From Candidatus Poribacteria bacterium (GTDB lineage Bacteria > Poribacteria > WGA-4E > WGA-3G), in the NCBI GenBank assembly GCA_022827185.1, contig JAJDTM010000026.1, positions 27,964-91,963 of the forward strand: DNA of 64,000 bases. Reading direction: 5' to 3'. Below, piece by piece: positions 9,361 to 19,257 of this stretch (position 1 is its first letter; each line of letters begins with the position of its first letter). The notes under the pieces were generated by a model, which saw only the letters and a program-made list of their open reading frames with translations, searched no databases and was not told the origin of the DNA. A program made the translations under genes and the position numbers.

Positions 9361-10086
9361 ATGAAAAACATGGTGTTAATACCCGCTGGCAATCTTGAGA
9401 TCGGAAGCGTCAACGCTTTTTATATTGACACGTACCCCGTGAGAAATCTTGAATACCAGCAGTTTCTTGTTGAAAACCCCCAGTGGCGAAAATCGCATCT
9501 TAAAGATAGGTTTCACGACGGGGACTACCTAAAGCATTGGGATGGCAATACCTACCCCGAAGGAAAAGCGAATCACCCTGTTGTCTACATCAGTTGGTTT
9601 GCGGCGGTGGCTTACGCTTTGTGGGCAGGGAAGCGACTCCCTACAGAAGCTGAATGGGAATACGCTGCACGCGGCGGGCTTGCGAATCAGAACTATCCGT
9701 GGGGTGATACGAGCGATACTACCAAAGCGAACTATGATAGAAAAGTAGGAGATACCACCCCTGTGGGTAAGTATTCACCTAACGGCTACGGCTTGTATGA
9801 TATAACTGGTAACGTTTGGGAATGGTGTCTTGATCTTTACGACGATGATTTTTTCTTCGCCACGCCTCGCAAGAATCCGCGCGCAGGAACGAATGAGATT
9901 GGTTGGTTGATAGCCAATTTCACAGACATTGAAACGATCCCCATAAGGGCGTTACGCGGTGGGGGTTGGAGTGCCACCGAAAAAGGTATCTGCGTCACCC
10001 ATCGCTTATTGCTTTCACCGACAAACACAATCTACGATTACGGTTTCCGTTGTGCGCAGTCAACGTCAGGAACGACTACCCGGTAG
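9361..10086 (+). CDS. FGE-sulfatase (SUMF1/EgtB/PvdO family) domain protein
   Basis: NHPVVYISW, KRLPTEAEWEYAARGG, NGYGLYDITGNVWEWC, LRGGGW, YGFRCA. Confidence 0.88.
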   Translation: MKNMVLIPAGNLEIGSVNAFYIDTYPVRNLEYQQFLVENPQWRKSHLKDRFHDGDYLKHWDGNTYPEGKANHPVVYISWFAAVAYALWAGKRLPTEAEWEYAARGGLANQNYPWGDTSDTTKANYDRKVGDTTPVGKYSPNGYGLYDITGNVWEWCLDLYDDDFFFATPRKNPRAGTNEIGWLIANFTDIETIPIRALRGGGWSATEKGICVTHRLLLSPTNTIYDYGFRCAQSTSGTTTR

Positions 10087-10207
10087 GAACAAGACGCGCC
10101 ATAGTGGCCGGCTTTTTCGGCAGCAATACCACAGTTCCGCTACACAGAAAGGACATAAGGGACGGACAGGCTCCAGATTACTTTCCGCTGCATAAAGGAG
10201 ATTGCTT

Positions 10208-10723
10208 GTGAGATGCTTACTATATTTCTGTTGTTTGTCAATTGTTCTTATAGGCTGCGGTTCTAAACGTTATGAGAATATACCGCAGGATCCCATACAT
10301 CTTCAGGCGAAAGTGGATGCTGAATCGGATGCCAAACACGATGTCAATTTACCGGCTTATTTTGGCGCAGGCATGAGTGTACCTCTCGCCGCAGGGATGT
10401 GCGCTTTGACGACTGGATGTATTGCTGACTTGCATTTTGGACATAGTCAGCCCGAACCTTCATACATAATTGCTGCAGTGAGTGCTGCAACGGTCTTCAG
10501 TCTGCTGACTCGATATTATACCCGTCTCCATCCACCGAATCCGCCACCTGAAAGATTGATCGGAAAATCGCCTGAATACGTCAAGTTTTACGCCGATGCT
10601 TATCGGGCGAAAATGCGATCGTATCAGATTAAATCAGGTGCCGCAGGATCCGTTTTCGGTTGCCTGACCCTAACCGGTGGGACCATTATTATTTTTTTCG
10701 GTGCGGTTGGTATAGATGAGTAA
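10208..10723 (+). CDS. Hypothetical membrane lipoprotein
   Basis: AAGGAG RBS, lipobox LIGC, three hydrophobic segments, PPPERLIGKSPEYV motif. Confidence 0.65.
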   Translation: MRCLLYFCCLSIVLIGCGSKRYENIPQDPIHLQAKVDAESDAKHDVNLPAYFGAGMSVPLAAGMCALTTGCIADLHFGHSQPEPSYIIAAVSAATVFSLLTRYYTRLHPPNPPPERLIGKSPEYVKFYADAYRAKMRSYQIKSGAAGSVFGCLTLTGGTIIIFFGAVGIDE

Positions 10724-10833
10724 AGCGGCAAACGAAACGCTGTCCCTGAAGCTGGTACTTCGAGGTTACGAACTGACTAAGCTGTCCGACGACACACCAA
10801 TCCGAGCGGAGATCATCAAGATTGGAGGATTCC

Positions 10834-11361
10834 ATGGCTTTATTTAGGAGAAGGCAGAAAATGTGTGTGTTAGCCGTTTTTTGTTTGGCTATTACCATCT
10901 TATCTTCATGTGGCGATTTTCAAGACGAAACACCTGATCCCGAAACACTCGACCTCTTTGAGGTGTTTTTTCGCTATAAATTTGAAAATAATGCCTCCGC
11001 ACAACAACAAGATGCCGAGGCGTATTTCTTGGAAATTGAGGGAGAAGACCCTTCGCCCGAATTTCTTGCGCGATTTAAGGGACACTCGCCACCTATAAAG
11101 AAAGGTTCGGAATTTGTAATGGGAGGCATCGTGGTTGAGGGAGAGGCTCCAACGGAGGAGAATGGTCTTCTCTTCCGAGAGGGGAACGGTCTTCTCTTCC
11201 GAATTGATAGTTATAGATGGGTTGGTGTGTTTGGAAATTGTGTTAAAATTTCTGGCGGATACTCTGAAGGCGATCTTAGCGCGTCTTGGGGTGCATACAT
11301 TTGGATCCGAAGAAAAGGGAAGTGGGAATTGGAATTTATTGGTGCCAGAGCGATCGCATAG
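10834..11361 (+). CDS. Hypothetical lipoprotein
   Basis: GGAGG RBS, basic n-region RRRQK, lipobox LSSC; contains a 24-bp-period duplication (NGLLFR x2, 11160-11202). Confidence 0.65.
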   Translation: MALFRRRQKMCVLAVFCLAITILSSCGDFQDETPDPETLDLFEVFFRYKFENNASAQQQDAEAYFLEIEGEDPSPEFLARFKGHSPPIKKGSEFVMGGIVVEGEAPTEENGLLFREGNGLLFRIDSYRWVGVFGNCVKISGGYSEGDLSASWGAYIWIRRKGKWELEFIGARAIA

Positions 11362-11389
11362 ATTGGTGTCGTGAAATTGGAGGGAAATG

Positions 11390-13024
11390 TTAAAAACCGG
11401 TTTTTCGGAGCGGTTCGGACATCAACCATCCGATAGCGTTGATAATATCGTCTTGGCGTTCCTGCAGCATGACTTCAATGAGTGCAGGTTGCTCAGCGGC
11501 GAGTGCGTCGCGTAAGGTTTCCTTGAAATCACCTAAATCCTCAACCCGTTTGGCATACGCACCGAAAGATTTTGCGAATTCAACGAAATCAGGATTAACA
11601 AGGTCTGTATCAATCGTGCGTCCCTCACATCCCTTTACTTGAGACCCTTTAATCGCTGACAGCGCACCGTCATTCACCACAATCGCTACGACGTTGATAC
11701 CGTATTTCATGGCGGTTGCCATCTCCACTGCCCCCATCAAAAACCCACCATCGCCGCTGAAACAGATAACCGGACGATCAGGGTAGGCGACTTTGGCACC
11801 GATGGCGGCTGGATAGGCGTGTCCTAACGCTACGCCGATATTCGGATAGAGGAAGGTTCTCGGATCGTAGATCGGAAATTCCGCAAAGGAAGCATAGCCG
11901 AGTGCGTGGACATCAATTGCGTAGATAGTATCTCGTGGAAGCACATCCTGTAATTCGTGGATGACCGGTAATGACGGTTGTGCATCAAATTTAGTGCGGA
12001 GTTCTGTCAGCACCTCGTTCCATCCATTTTGCCCGGGGACAACATCCTCAATGAGTGCCTGCAACGTCAATTTCATATCACCGACGACCCCCACATCACA
12101 CGGGTATTCACGTCCAATCTCGTCTGCATCTTCGTCAATTTGGATGAAGGGTTGCGGCAGTTGGAGGCTCCAATTACGGGTATCAATAGAGGTAAAGCGT
12201 GGTCCGATGCCGATGAGACAGTCGGCGCGTTGGAGTGCCTCACGTCCGAGATAGCCGTAGCAGATTTGGAGTGCCAACGGATGGTCCTCAGACAATACAC
12301 CCTTTCCATTGCGGGTAACAATGACAGGCGCGTTCAATTTTTCGGCAAGGAGACGTAACTCGTTTCGGGCATCTGCGTGGAAAACGGCAGATCCAGCGAA
12401 GATCAGCGGCATTTTGGCGTTGCGGATTGTTTCAACAGCGGTGCTGAGGTCTGTATCGTCGGGTGGCGGTAATTCCGCACGTTCCACACGCGGCGGGATT
12501 CGTACCTCTCCTTCTCCTGTAACGACATCCATCGGGAATTCCAGCACCGTCGGTCCGGGTCTCCCGTTCCGCATTGCTTTAAAGGCGTTTTCCACAACGA
12601 CAGGAATCTCAGCGACGGTATGGGCGATGGCGCAGTACTTGGTGAGCGATTCAAAGAACCGCATCTGATCCAAGCCGTGGAACATCTTGCTTGGATGCTT
12701 GCTATAGAGGCTGGAATCGCTCTGTCCGGTGATTAGCATCACAGGCGCGCAATCGGTAAATGCCTCTAAAATTCCAGTTGATGCGTTACTGGCACCTGGT
12801 CCCGGGACGGTGATAGCGACACCCACTTCACCCGTCGCGCGGGCGAAACCGTCTGCCATCTGCGTTGCTGCGTATTCGTGTCGGACGAGGTAGTGGTCAA
12901 TCGTGTCTTTCCCACGGCGCAGCAGGGCATCGTAGATCTGAATATTTTGGGTACCGGGCATTCCGAAAACCGCTGAGACGCCCTGTGCTTTCAAGCATTC
13001 GATGAGAATATCTCCGCCTCTCAC
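11390..13024 (-). CDS. Thiamine pyrophosphate-binding protein (acetolactate synthase large-subunit family)
   Basis: VFGMPG, VRHE, TVPGPGASN, GDGGFLM...NDG TPP motif, NPDFVEFAKSFG. Confidence 0.92.
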   Translation of the reverse strand: MRGGDILIECLKAQGVSAVFGMPGTQNIQIYDALLRRGKDTIDHYLVRHEYAATQMADGFARATGEVGVAITVPGPGASNASTGILEAFTDCAPVMLITGQSDSSLYSKHPSKMFHGLDQMRFFESLTKYCAIAHTVAEIPVVVENAFKAMRNGRPGPTVLEFPMDVVTGEGEVRIPPRVERAELPPPDDTDLSTAVETIRNAKMPLIFAGSAVFHADARNELRLLAEKLNAPVIVTRNGKGVLSEDHPLALQICYGYLGREALQRADCLIGIGPRFTSIDTRNWSLQLPQPFIQIDEDADEIGREYPCDVGVVGDMKLTLQALIEDVVPGQNGWNEVLTELRTKFDAQPSLPVIHELQDVLPRDTIYAIDVHALGYASFAEFPIYDPRTFLYPNIGVALGHAYPAAIGAKVAYPDRPVICFSGDGGFLMGAVEMATAMKYGINVVAIVVNDGALSAIKGSQVKGCEGRTIDTDLVNPDFVEFAKSFGAYAKRVEDLGDFKETLRDALAAEQPALIEVMLQERQDDIINAIGWLMSEPLRKTGF

Positions 13025-13027
13025 GTG

Positions 13028-13162
13028 TTAGTCTCCTTTGTGTTTACTGAGAAAATTTTCTAACCATGCATCGGGATCGTAGCCGAGTCGGCGTAGCAAT
13101 TGACATCCGATGCGTTTTAGAAAATTGGGCATGAGGTTAAAGAGTTTAAGTTGCCAATTCAT
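13028..13162 (-). CDS. Possible 44-aa small protein
   Basis: MNWQLKLFNLMPNFLKRIGCQLLRRLGYDPDAWLENFLSKHKGD; fills the gap and stops 3 nt before the TPP-gene start; no clear RBS. Confidence 0.35.
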   Translation of the reverse strand: MNWQLKLFNLMPNFLKRIGCQLLRRLGYDPDAWLENFLSKHKGD

Positions 13163-13178
13163 AATTAGTTATGCGCTT

Positions 13179-13265
13179 AAGGCATCAGGATTACAAATCC
13201 CTCCTACAAGATAGCGTTGCCAAAGGCATCGGGATTACAAATCCTTCCTACAGGATAGCGTTGCC
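13179..13265 (-). repeat. Tandem 44-bp-period duplication carrying GTAG-type REP-like palindromes
   Basis: Units 13179-13221 and 13223-13265 are 40/43 identical; the minus strand reads GTAGGA(G/A)GGATTTGTAATCC(T/C)GATGCC. Confidence 0.8.
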
Positions 13266-14375
13266 GGTGGTTTTGTCGAAAAAATGCATCCGGTCCTGGA
13301 CAAACGACACATGAAGATGTTGTCCGATGTCTGCTTTAAAGTTCGGGGCTGTGCATGCCTTGAGAATCGTATGTGTGCCTGTGGCATCCGTGCCGAGTGT
13401 CAGTTCGACGATCGTTTCCGCACCAAGCGGTTCAGCGCTATAAACTTCAGCCTGAAATGCATTTGGGATAGACTGATGACTTACAAGGACATCCTCAGCG
13501 TGTGCACCAAAGATGGCGTCGCTGTTTGAGATGTTGTCGTTCAGTGCTTTAGCAATTCGTGCGTCTTGGATTGTCACGGAATTACTGTTTCCAGTGTCGC
13601 CTGCTAATTTCAATTGAAGTTCGCCATTGGCACTGGCGATGTCGCATGGGATGCAATTCATGCTCGGGTTACCTATGAAACCGGCGACAAATAAGTTGGC
13701 GGGGTGATTGTAGATTTCAGCGGGTGTCCCTAATTGTTGGATGCTGCCTGCTTCGAGGACGGCGATCCGATCCGCCATTGACATTGCTTCGATCTGGTCG
13801 TGTGTTACATAAAAGGTCGTTGTACCGAGTTCACGTTGCCGCCAGCGGATTTCAGCGCGCATTTCCGTACGGAGTTTCGCATCCAGATTCGATATCGGCT
13901 CGTCCATGAGAAAGACTTGCGGACGACGCACCATCGCTCGTCCAAGTCCGACACGTTGTGTTTCACCGCCGCTTAACTGATTCGGGGTACGCATGAGCAG
14001 ATGTTCGATGTGGAGCATCTGGGCAATATCTCTAACGCGCCGGTCGATTTCCTCAGTAGAGAGTTTTCTCGGATGTAATGGAAACGCCATATTCTCGTAG
14101 ACGCTCAGGTGCGGATAGAGGATATGGGATTGGAAGACGAAAGCGACATCCCGTTCTGCAGGGGTTTTATCGTTGACGCTGACCGCATCCAAATAGATTG
14201 TGCCTTCTTCCGGTTTGTCTAAGCCAGCGATACAGCGAAGTGTTGTCGTCTTTCCCGCACCTGTCTGACCAAGGAGCACGAAGAATTCTTGGTCTTGGAT
14301 ATCAAGGGTGATGTCGTCGAGCGCGATAAGATCGCCGAAGCGTTTTGTGATGTTTTCGAGTTTTACTGTTGCCAT
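13248..14375 (-). CDS. ABC transporter ATP-binding protein (MalK/UgpC-like, TOBE C-terminus)
   Basis: Walker A GQTGAGKTT, LSGGETQRV, FLMDEPISNLDAKLR, YVTHDQ. Confidence 0.93.
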   Translation of the reverse strand: MATVKLENITKRFGDLIALDDITLDIQDQEFFVLLGQTGAGKTTTLRCIAGLDKPEEGTIYLDAVSVNDKTPAERDVAFVFQSHILYPHLSVYENMAFPLHPRKLSTEEIDRRVRDIAQMLHIEHLLMRTPNQLSGGETQRVGLGRAMVRRPQVFLMDEPISNLDAKLRTEMRAEIRWRQRELGTTTFYVTHDQIEAMSMADRIAVLEAGSIQQLGTPAEIYNHPANLFVAGFIGNPSMNCIPCDIASANGELQLKLAGDTGNSNSVTIQDARIAKALNDNISNSDAIFGAHAEDVLVSHQSIPNAFQAEVYSAEPLGAETIVELTLGTDATGTHTILKACTAPNFKADIGQHLHVSFVQDRMHFFDKTTGNAIL

Positions 14376-14564
14376 AAATAATGCTACGATTCTCTATTGT
14401 GGATATTGATTTAGTATAGCATGAATAGTGTTTAGCGGTCAATAAGAATTCGTTTTCAGTTTAAAAAAATATATGCAATTCGGTAGTGGATAGGGTATAA
14501 TTAAGGAATAGCCTGCAAACCCGATGCCGTTGAAGGCACATAAAAGGTTGGAGAAAGAAAAGAG

Positions 14565-16364
14565 ATGCTGAATCAGTCAGAGACAGAAAAGAATCCATAT
14601 ACGAATCTGTCTTTAATGGACAAAATTAAACGAAAATACGATTTAACACCCTCAATCACACTTGTGCTCGGATTGACGACCCTGTTTTTTGTTGTTTTCC
14701 TTATATACCCGCTTCTCTATGTCTTCAAAGAGGCGTTCTGGATTGAAAATAGGTTCACGCTTGCCTACTTTAAACTGATGGTGACCGATCCGAATATCCG
14801 GGAACTGGTTGTCAACAGTTTCAATATCGGTGTAATGGTCACCATAGTGACGAGCATCATCAGTCTTCCACTCGCATATTTCTTGACACGCTATCGGTAT
14901 CCGGGACGGAATATGTTACGCTCTGTTATCCTAATCCCGATGATTATGCCACCTTTTGTCGGGGCGCTTGGCATGCAGAAGTTGTTCGGGTTATATGGAA
15001 GCGTCAATATGCTTCTCGTCAAACTTGGGCTGATTGATATGGCGGGAACTATTGACTGGTTCCGTGGCGGCTTTTGGGGTGTGGTGATGTTATCAACATT
15101 GCACCTGTATCCGATAATGTATCTCAATATCGTAGCGGCACTTTCAAACGTTGATCCGAGTCTGGAGGAAGCCGCGGAAAATATGGGGGCATCACGGTTC
15201 CAAGTTTTCCGTCAGATAACACTCCCCTTGATGATGCCCGGTTATTTCGCAGGCGCGATTCTCGTCTTTATCTGGGCGTTCACGGACCTCGGTACACCGC
15301 TAATCTTTAATTATAATGAAGTTGTAGCGGTGCAAATTTTTCGACAAGTGACTGAGGCGAACACAAACCCGATGGGATACGCGCTCGTTGTCCTAATTAT
15401 CGTTCTAACAGCGCTCGCCTTTTATGTTTCTAAACGCTGGACAGGGAGTAAGCACTATGAGATGCTCGGTAGGGGGCATGTGACATCCCGTGAGACGGAT
15501 GCAAGATGGGGTATGCGGACGATCATCTATCTGTTTATCGGTGGATTGACGTTTATGGCATTGTTACCACATATCAGTGTCATCCTTGTCTCCTTAACGC
15601 CGGATGCAAGCCAGTGGCGGTTGAGTATCTTACCGCAATCCTGGACCTTCGCACATTATATTGAGACCTTCACACATGACGATACACTGCCGAGTATCTT
15701 TAACAGTCTCAAATACAGTATTTTCAGCACGCTGTTGGCACTCTTGGTCGGTATCGTGATATCGTACCTATTAACCCGGAAACGTCTCCCGTTCCAAAAC
15801 CTATTGGATGCTGTCGCAATGTTACCGTTAGCGTTACCGGGGGTTGCAATCGCGTTTGGGTATATGGGCAGCTTCGCAGATACGACGCTTCTACTGAGGT
15901 ATTTCCCTGATGGGTTCGTTTCTGTCATAGACCCTCGGAAGAACCCGACGTTTCTTCTGATTATTAGTTATGCGGTACGACGGTTGCCATATATGTTGCG
16001 CTCTATCTACGCCGGACTCCAACAGACAAGTGTGAGTTACGAAGAAGCATCACAAAACATGGGGGCGACACCGATCCGAACTTTGTATAAGATAACCTTA
16101 CCCTTGGTTATCGCGAATATCCTCGCGGGTGCGATTCTCGTTTTTTCCTTCTCTATGTTAGAAGTCAGTGATAGTTTAATTTTAGCGATGAAAGACGATT
16201 ACTATCCGATTACAAAAGCGATTTGGTCACTCTCTCAACGTCCCGACCACGGTGCATATACGGCGAGTGCGCTCGGTGTGGTAGGGATGTTAATCTTAAT
16301 TGCGTGTCTGCTCGGTGCCGGACGCGTGCTTGGCGGAAAGTTAGGCGAAATTTTCCGGATTTAA
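14565..16364 (+). CDS. Iron(III)/thiamine-type ABC transporter permease (FbpB-like, fused double domain)
   Basis: Two EAA loops (LEEAAENMGAS, YEEASQNMGATP), DLGTPLI, about 12 hydrophobic segments. Confidence 0.88.
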   Translation: MLNQSETEKNPYTNLSLMDKIKRKYDLTPSITLVLGLTTLFFVVFLIYPLLYVFKEAFWIENRFTLAYFKLMVTDPNIRELVVNSFNIGVMVTIVTSIISLPLAYFLTRYRYPGRNMLRSVILIPMIMPPFVGALGMQKLFGLYGSVNMLLVKLGLIDMAGTIDWFRGGFWGVVMLSTLHLYPIMYLNIVAALSNVDPSLEEAAENMGASRFQVFRQITLPLMMPGYFAGAILVFIWAFTDLGTPLIFNYNEVVAVQIFRQVTEANTNPMGYALVVLIIVLTALAFYVSKRWTGSKHYEMLGRGHVTSRETDARWGMRTIIYLFIGGLTFMALLPHISVILVSLTPDASQWRLSILPQSWTFAHYIETFTHDDTLPSIFNSLKYSIFSTLLALLVGIVISYLLTRKRLPFQNLLDAVAMLPLALPGVAIAFGYMGSFADTTLLLRYFPDGFVSVIDPRKNPTFLLIISYAVRRLPYMLRSIYAGLQQTSVSYEEASQNMGATPIRTLYKITLPLVIANILAGAILVFSFSMLEVSDSLILAMKDDYYPITKAIWSLSQRPDHGAYTASALGVVGMLILIACLLGAGRVLGGKLGEIFRI

Positions 16365-16416
16365 GAAAATTAAAATCATTAACACCTAACAGTTAAACCC
16401 AAGGGAGTCCTTCACT

Positions 16417-18549
16417 ATGAAAATAATCTTGGCTTTATTACTTCTTTTAACTATTCTTTCACTAAACACCTTCGCCGAAGATTGGTCCTATATCACCCTT
16501 GAAGGGCATGAAGGCGATATCGGTACTATTGCCTACAGGCCTGATGGTGCAACACTTGCAAGTGGCAGTTCAGATGCTACAGTTCGCTTATGGGATGTGA
16601 CAACCGGTGAACACAAAGAGACTCTCATGGGACACACGGGGCCGATTATGAAGGTTGTTTTTAGCCCGGATGGGTTGATACTCGCAAGCGGGAGTTGGGA
16701 TGGCACAATCCGTTTATGGGATGCGATGACTGGTGAACACAGAGTGACCCTCACCGGACATACGGATGCTATCTTAAGGATCGTCTTTAGTCCAGATGGA
16801 ACGATCCTCGCAAGTGCGGGGCGTAGGGATCAAACTATCCACTTGTGGGATGTTGAGACAGGCGAGAACAAGCACACACTCACGGAACATAAGGATCGGA
16901 TCGGGGATATTGTTTTCAGTCCTGATGGATTGAAACTCGCAACGGGCAGTGGGGACGGGATTATCCACTTGTGGGACCCAATTACAGGCACGCTCCAGAA
17001 AACAATCATAGAGGATGTTGGAAGTTTCATGAGTATCAATAACGTTGAGTTCAGTCCTGATGGGCAGACACTTGCGAGTGGTGCAGGAGGGCTAGGTCCC
17101 AGCGATGTTCACCTGTGGGATGTGGGGACAGGAAATCTTAAAAAAGGACTCACAGGGCATTCGTGGTTTATTGCCAGTCTCGCGTTCAGTCCTGATGGGC
17201 GGACGCTCGTGAGTGGGAGTGCGGACAGTACAATCCGATTTTGGGATGCAAAGACAGGTACTCATAAAAGAACAATCGTTGCGCATCGAGAGAAGGACGG
17301 TAGCGATACAAGTATCTCTCATCTCGCGTTCAGTCCAAATGGACGTGCCCTCGTAAGCGAGACTTTTTTGGATATGCGCTTGTGGGATACGGTCACAGGT
17401 GAACACCAAAAAACATTCCGAGGGTATGGTGCTGCTATCTTTAGTCCGGATGGACGCACTCTCGCGAGTGTAGGTGATAGTTTCACGAAGGATGACAGGT
17501 TTATTAGATTGTGGCAATTACCATCGGCGTTACGCACTACTTCTATTCGTATGACTTCATCTACAGGCTCCGCTCTTTCTATTGGTGAGCAATTTATTAT
17601 TAACATTAACATTGCCGATAGGCGAGAGACGCAAAACTATCAACTCGCTGTGGAATACGATAACGAGACGTTCCATTATGTCTCTCACAGCCCGGGCGAT
17701 GATCTGTCTGGCGAGGCATTTATTAGTCCCAAGGTCAGTCCACCAGGACTTCTGTCTTTTGACCTAACTTCTCCTGCCGAAATTGGAACTGGAAAAGACA
17801 CTGTTGTTAAGATAACATTTCAAGTTATTGCTCGGAATCCGTCCATTTTTACGCTGTCAGCAATTCTCTCTGATGCGAATGGTCAGTCTTTGTCCACTGC
17901 TATGAAAAGTGGAAGAGTAGTTGAACCCTTATTAGATGTAAATGGTGACGGTTCTGTAAACATTTTGGACTTGTCGTTTGTTGCCTTGCATTTTGGAGAA
18001 ACCGGGCACACTGCGGCGGATATCAACAAAGATGGTATTGTTGACATCAGGGATCTTGTTTTAGTTGCTGGCGGATTAGATGTTGGAATAGCCGCACCTT
18101 CTACATGGTATCGTGACCTTGAGGCAGGACCTACAAAAACGGACGTTGAACATTGGCTCACTGAAGCACAACAACTAAACTTGGCAGATCCAACATCACA
18201 AAGGGGCATGCTTTTCTTAGAATATCTCTTAGCATCATTGACACCGAAAGAGACTGCACTTCTACCAAACTATCCGAATCCGTTTAACCCAGAGACATGG
18301 ATACCATATCAGTTAGCGCAATCGGCAGATGTAACTATTTCCATTTATACGATAGACGGGGCTGTGATACGTACTCTTAATCTCGGACACAAACCATCTG
18401 GGGTCTATCAAGACAAAACCGTTGCTGCGTATTGGGATGGCAGAAATGAAGTCGGTGAATTTGTCGCAAGTGGTATCTATTTCTATACATTAACAGCAGG
18501 AACAGCAGGAAAATTCAAATCCACGCGGAAGATGTTAATTCTGAAATAA
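16417..18549 (+). CDS. Secreted WD40-repeat protein with cohesin-like, dockerin-like and FlgD/T9SS-CTD-like C-terminal domains
   Basis: About 8 'FSPDG.xLASGS.DxTIRLWD' repeats; DVNGDGSVNILDL / DINKDGIVDIRDL dockerin; ETALLPNYPNPFNPETWIPYQL...YFYTL...RKMLILK. Confidence 0.88.
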   Translation: MKIILALLLLLTILSLNTFAEDWSYITLEGHEGDIGTIAYRPDGATLASGSSDATVRLWDVTTGEHKETLMGHTGPIMKVVFSPDGLILASGSWDGTIRLWDAMTGEHRVTLTGHTDAILRIVFSPDGTILASAGRRDQTIHLWDVETGENKHTLTEHKDRIGDIVFSPDGLKLATGSGDGIIHLWDPITGTLQKTIIEDVGSFMSINNVEFSPDGQTLASGAGGLGPSDVHLWDVGTGNLKKGLTGHSWFIASLAFSPDGRTLVSGSADSTIRFWDAKTGTHKRTIVAHREKDGSDTSISHLAFSPNGRALVSETFLDMRLWDTVTGEHQKTFRGYGAAIFSPDGRTLASVGDSFTKDDRFIRLWQLPSALRTTSIRMTSSTGSALSIGEQFIININIADRRETQNYQLAVEYDNETFHYVSHSPGDDLSGEAFISPKVSPPGLLSFDLTSPAEIGTGKDTVVKITFQVIARNPSIFTLSAILSDANGQSLSTAMKSGRVVEPLLDVNGDGSVNILDLSFVALHFGETGHTAADINKDGIVDIRDLVLVAGGLDVGIAAPSTWYRDLEAGPTKTDVEHWLTEAQQLNLADPTSQRGMLFLEYLLASLTPKETALLPNYPNPFNPETWIPYQLAQSADVTISIYTIDGAVIRTLNLGHKPSGVYQDKTVAAYWDGRNEVGEFVASGIYFYTLTAGTAGKFKSTRKMLILK

Positions 18550-18585
18550 TTACTTCTTCTATTTTTGCGCAGAGGATAAGAAATT

Positions 18586-19173
18586 ATGGACATCGTACAT
18601 AGCATTCGCGATGCGTTGTTGGAAGCGCAGGACGTACTTGATCGGTTTATCCGAAATCCTGAGAATATCGCAACCATCGCGGAGACGGCAGAGATGATGC
18701 GTGACGTATTTGAACAGCAAGGTAGGGTCTTCACGTGTGGAAATGGTGGAAGTCTGTGCGATGCTATTCATTTTGCTGAGGAATGCACCGGAAGGTTTCG
18801 GGACGATCGGAGACCGCTTCCCGCAATTGCACTCAGCGATGCTGGACATATCACTTGCACAGCAAACGATTTTGGATTTGCCGAGATTTTCGCACGTCCA
18901 CTTTCGGCACTCGGCCACCCGGGGGATCTACTCGTAGTGCTTTCAACCAGCGGAAATTCTGAGAATGTTATTCGTGCGGCAGCGGTAGCGAAATCGCGTG
19001 GGGTGCGGGTGTTTGGGATGCTTGGTGGTGATGGCGGGAATCTTAAGCAACATTGCGATATTTATCTGATTGCACCCGGTAACACTGCAGACCGCATACA
19101 GGAGATCCATATTAAAGTGTTGCACATTTTGATTGAACATGTTGAGCGGTTGATGTTTCCAGAGAATTATTAG
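18586..19173 (+). CDS. gmhA: Phosphoheptose isomerase
   Basis: CGNGGSLCDAIHFAEE, ANDFGF, STSGNSENV, ADRIQEIHIKVLH. Confidence 0.93.
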   Translation: MDIVHSIRDALLEAQDVLDRFIRNPENIATIAETAEMMRDVFEQQGRVFTCGNGGSLCDAIHFAEECTGRFRDDRRPLPAIALSDAGHITCTANDFGFAEIFARPLSALGHPGDLLVVLSTSGNSENVIRAAAVAKSRGVRVFGMLGGDGGNLKQHCDIYLIAPGNTADRIQEIHIKVLHILIEHVERLMFPENY

Positions 19174-19257
19174 CCGCGTGCTTCATAAACTTGAAAAATT
19201 AACGATGGACTTTCACGGGATGATATGATAGAATAGGTGGCAGGGGAGGATTGGAAA

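Noticed and set aside
10716-10847. 43-aa ORF MSKAANETLSLKLVL...
   Set aside because: Overlaps the better-supported lipoprotein start at 10834; no RBS or motif.
9361-11361. Integron-like cassette array
   Set aside because: No attC-type RYYYAAC...GTTRRRY inverted structures or integrase found.
13248-16364. ATPase and permease as one transporter
   Set aside because: Divergently transcribed and apparently from different subfamilies (sugar-type ATPase vs FbpB-type permease); no binding protein; the link cannot be supported.
16490-17520. Nucleotide-level repeats
   Set aside because: Explained by WD40 protein repeats.
18492-18510. 9-bp duplication acagcagga x2 near the end of the WD40 gene
   Set aside because: In-frame slippage adding three residues; no evident significance.
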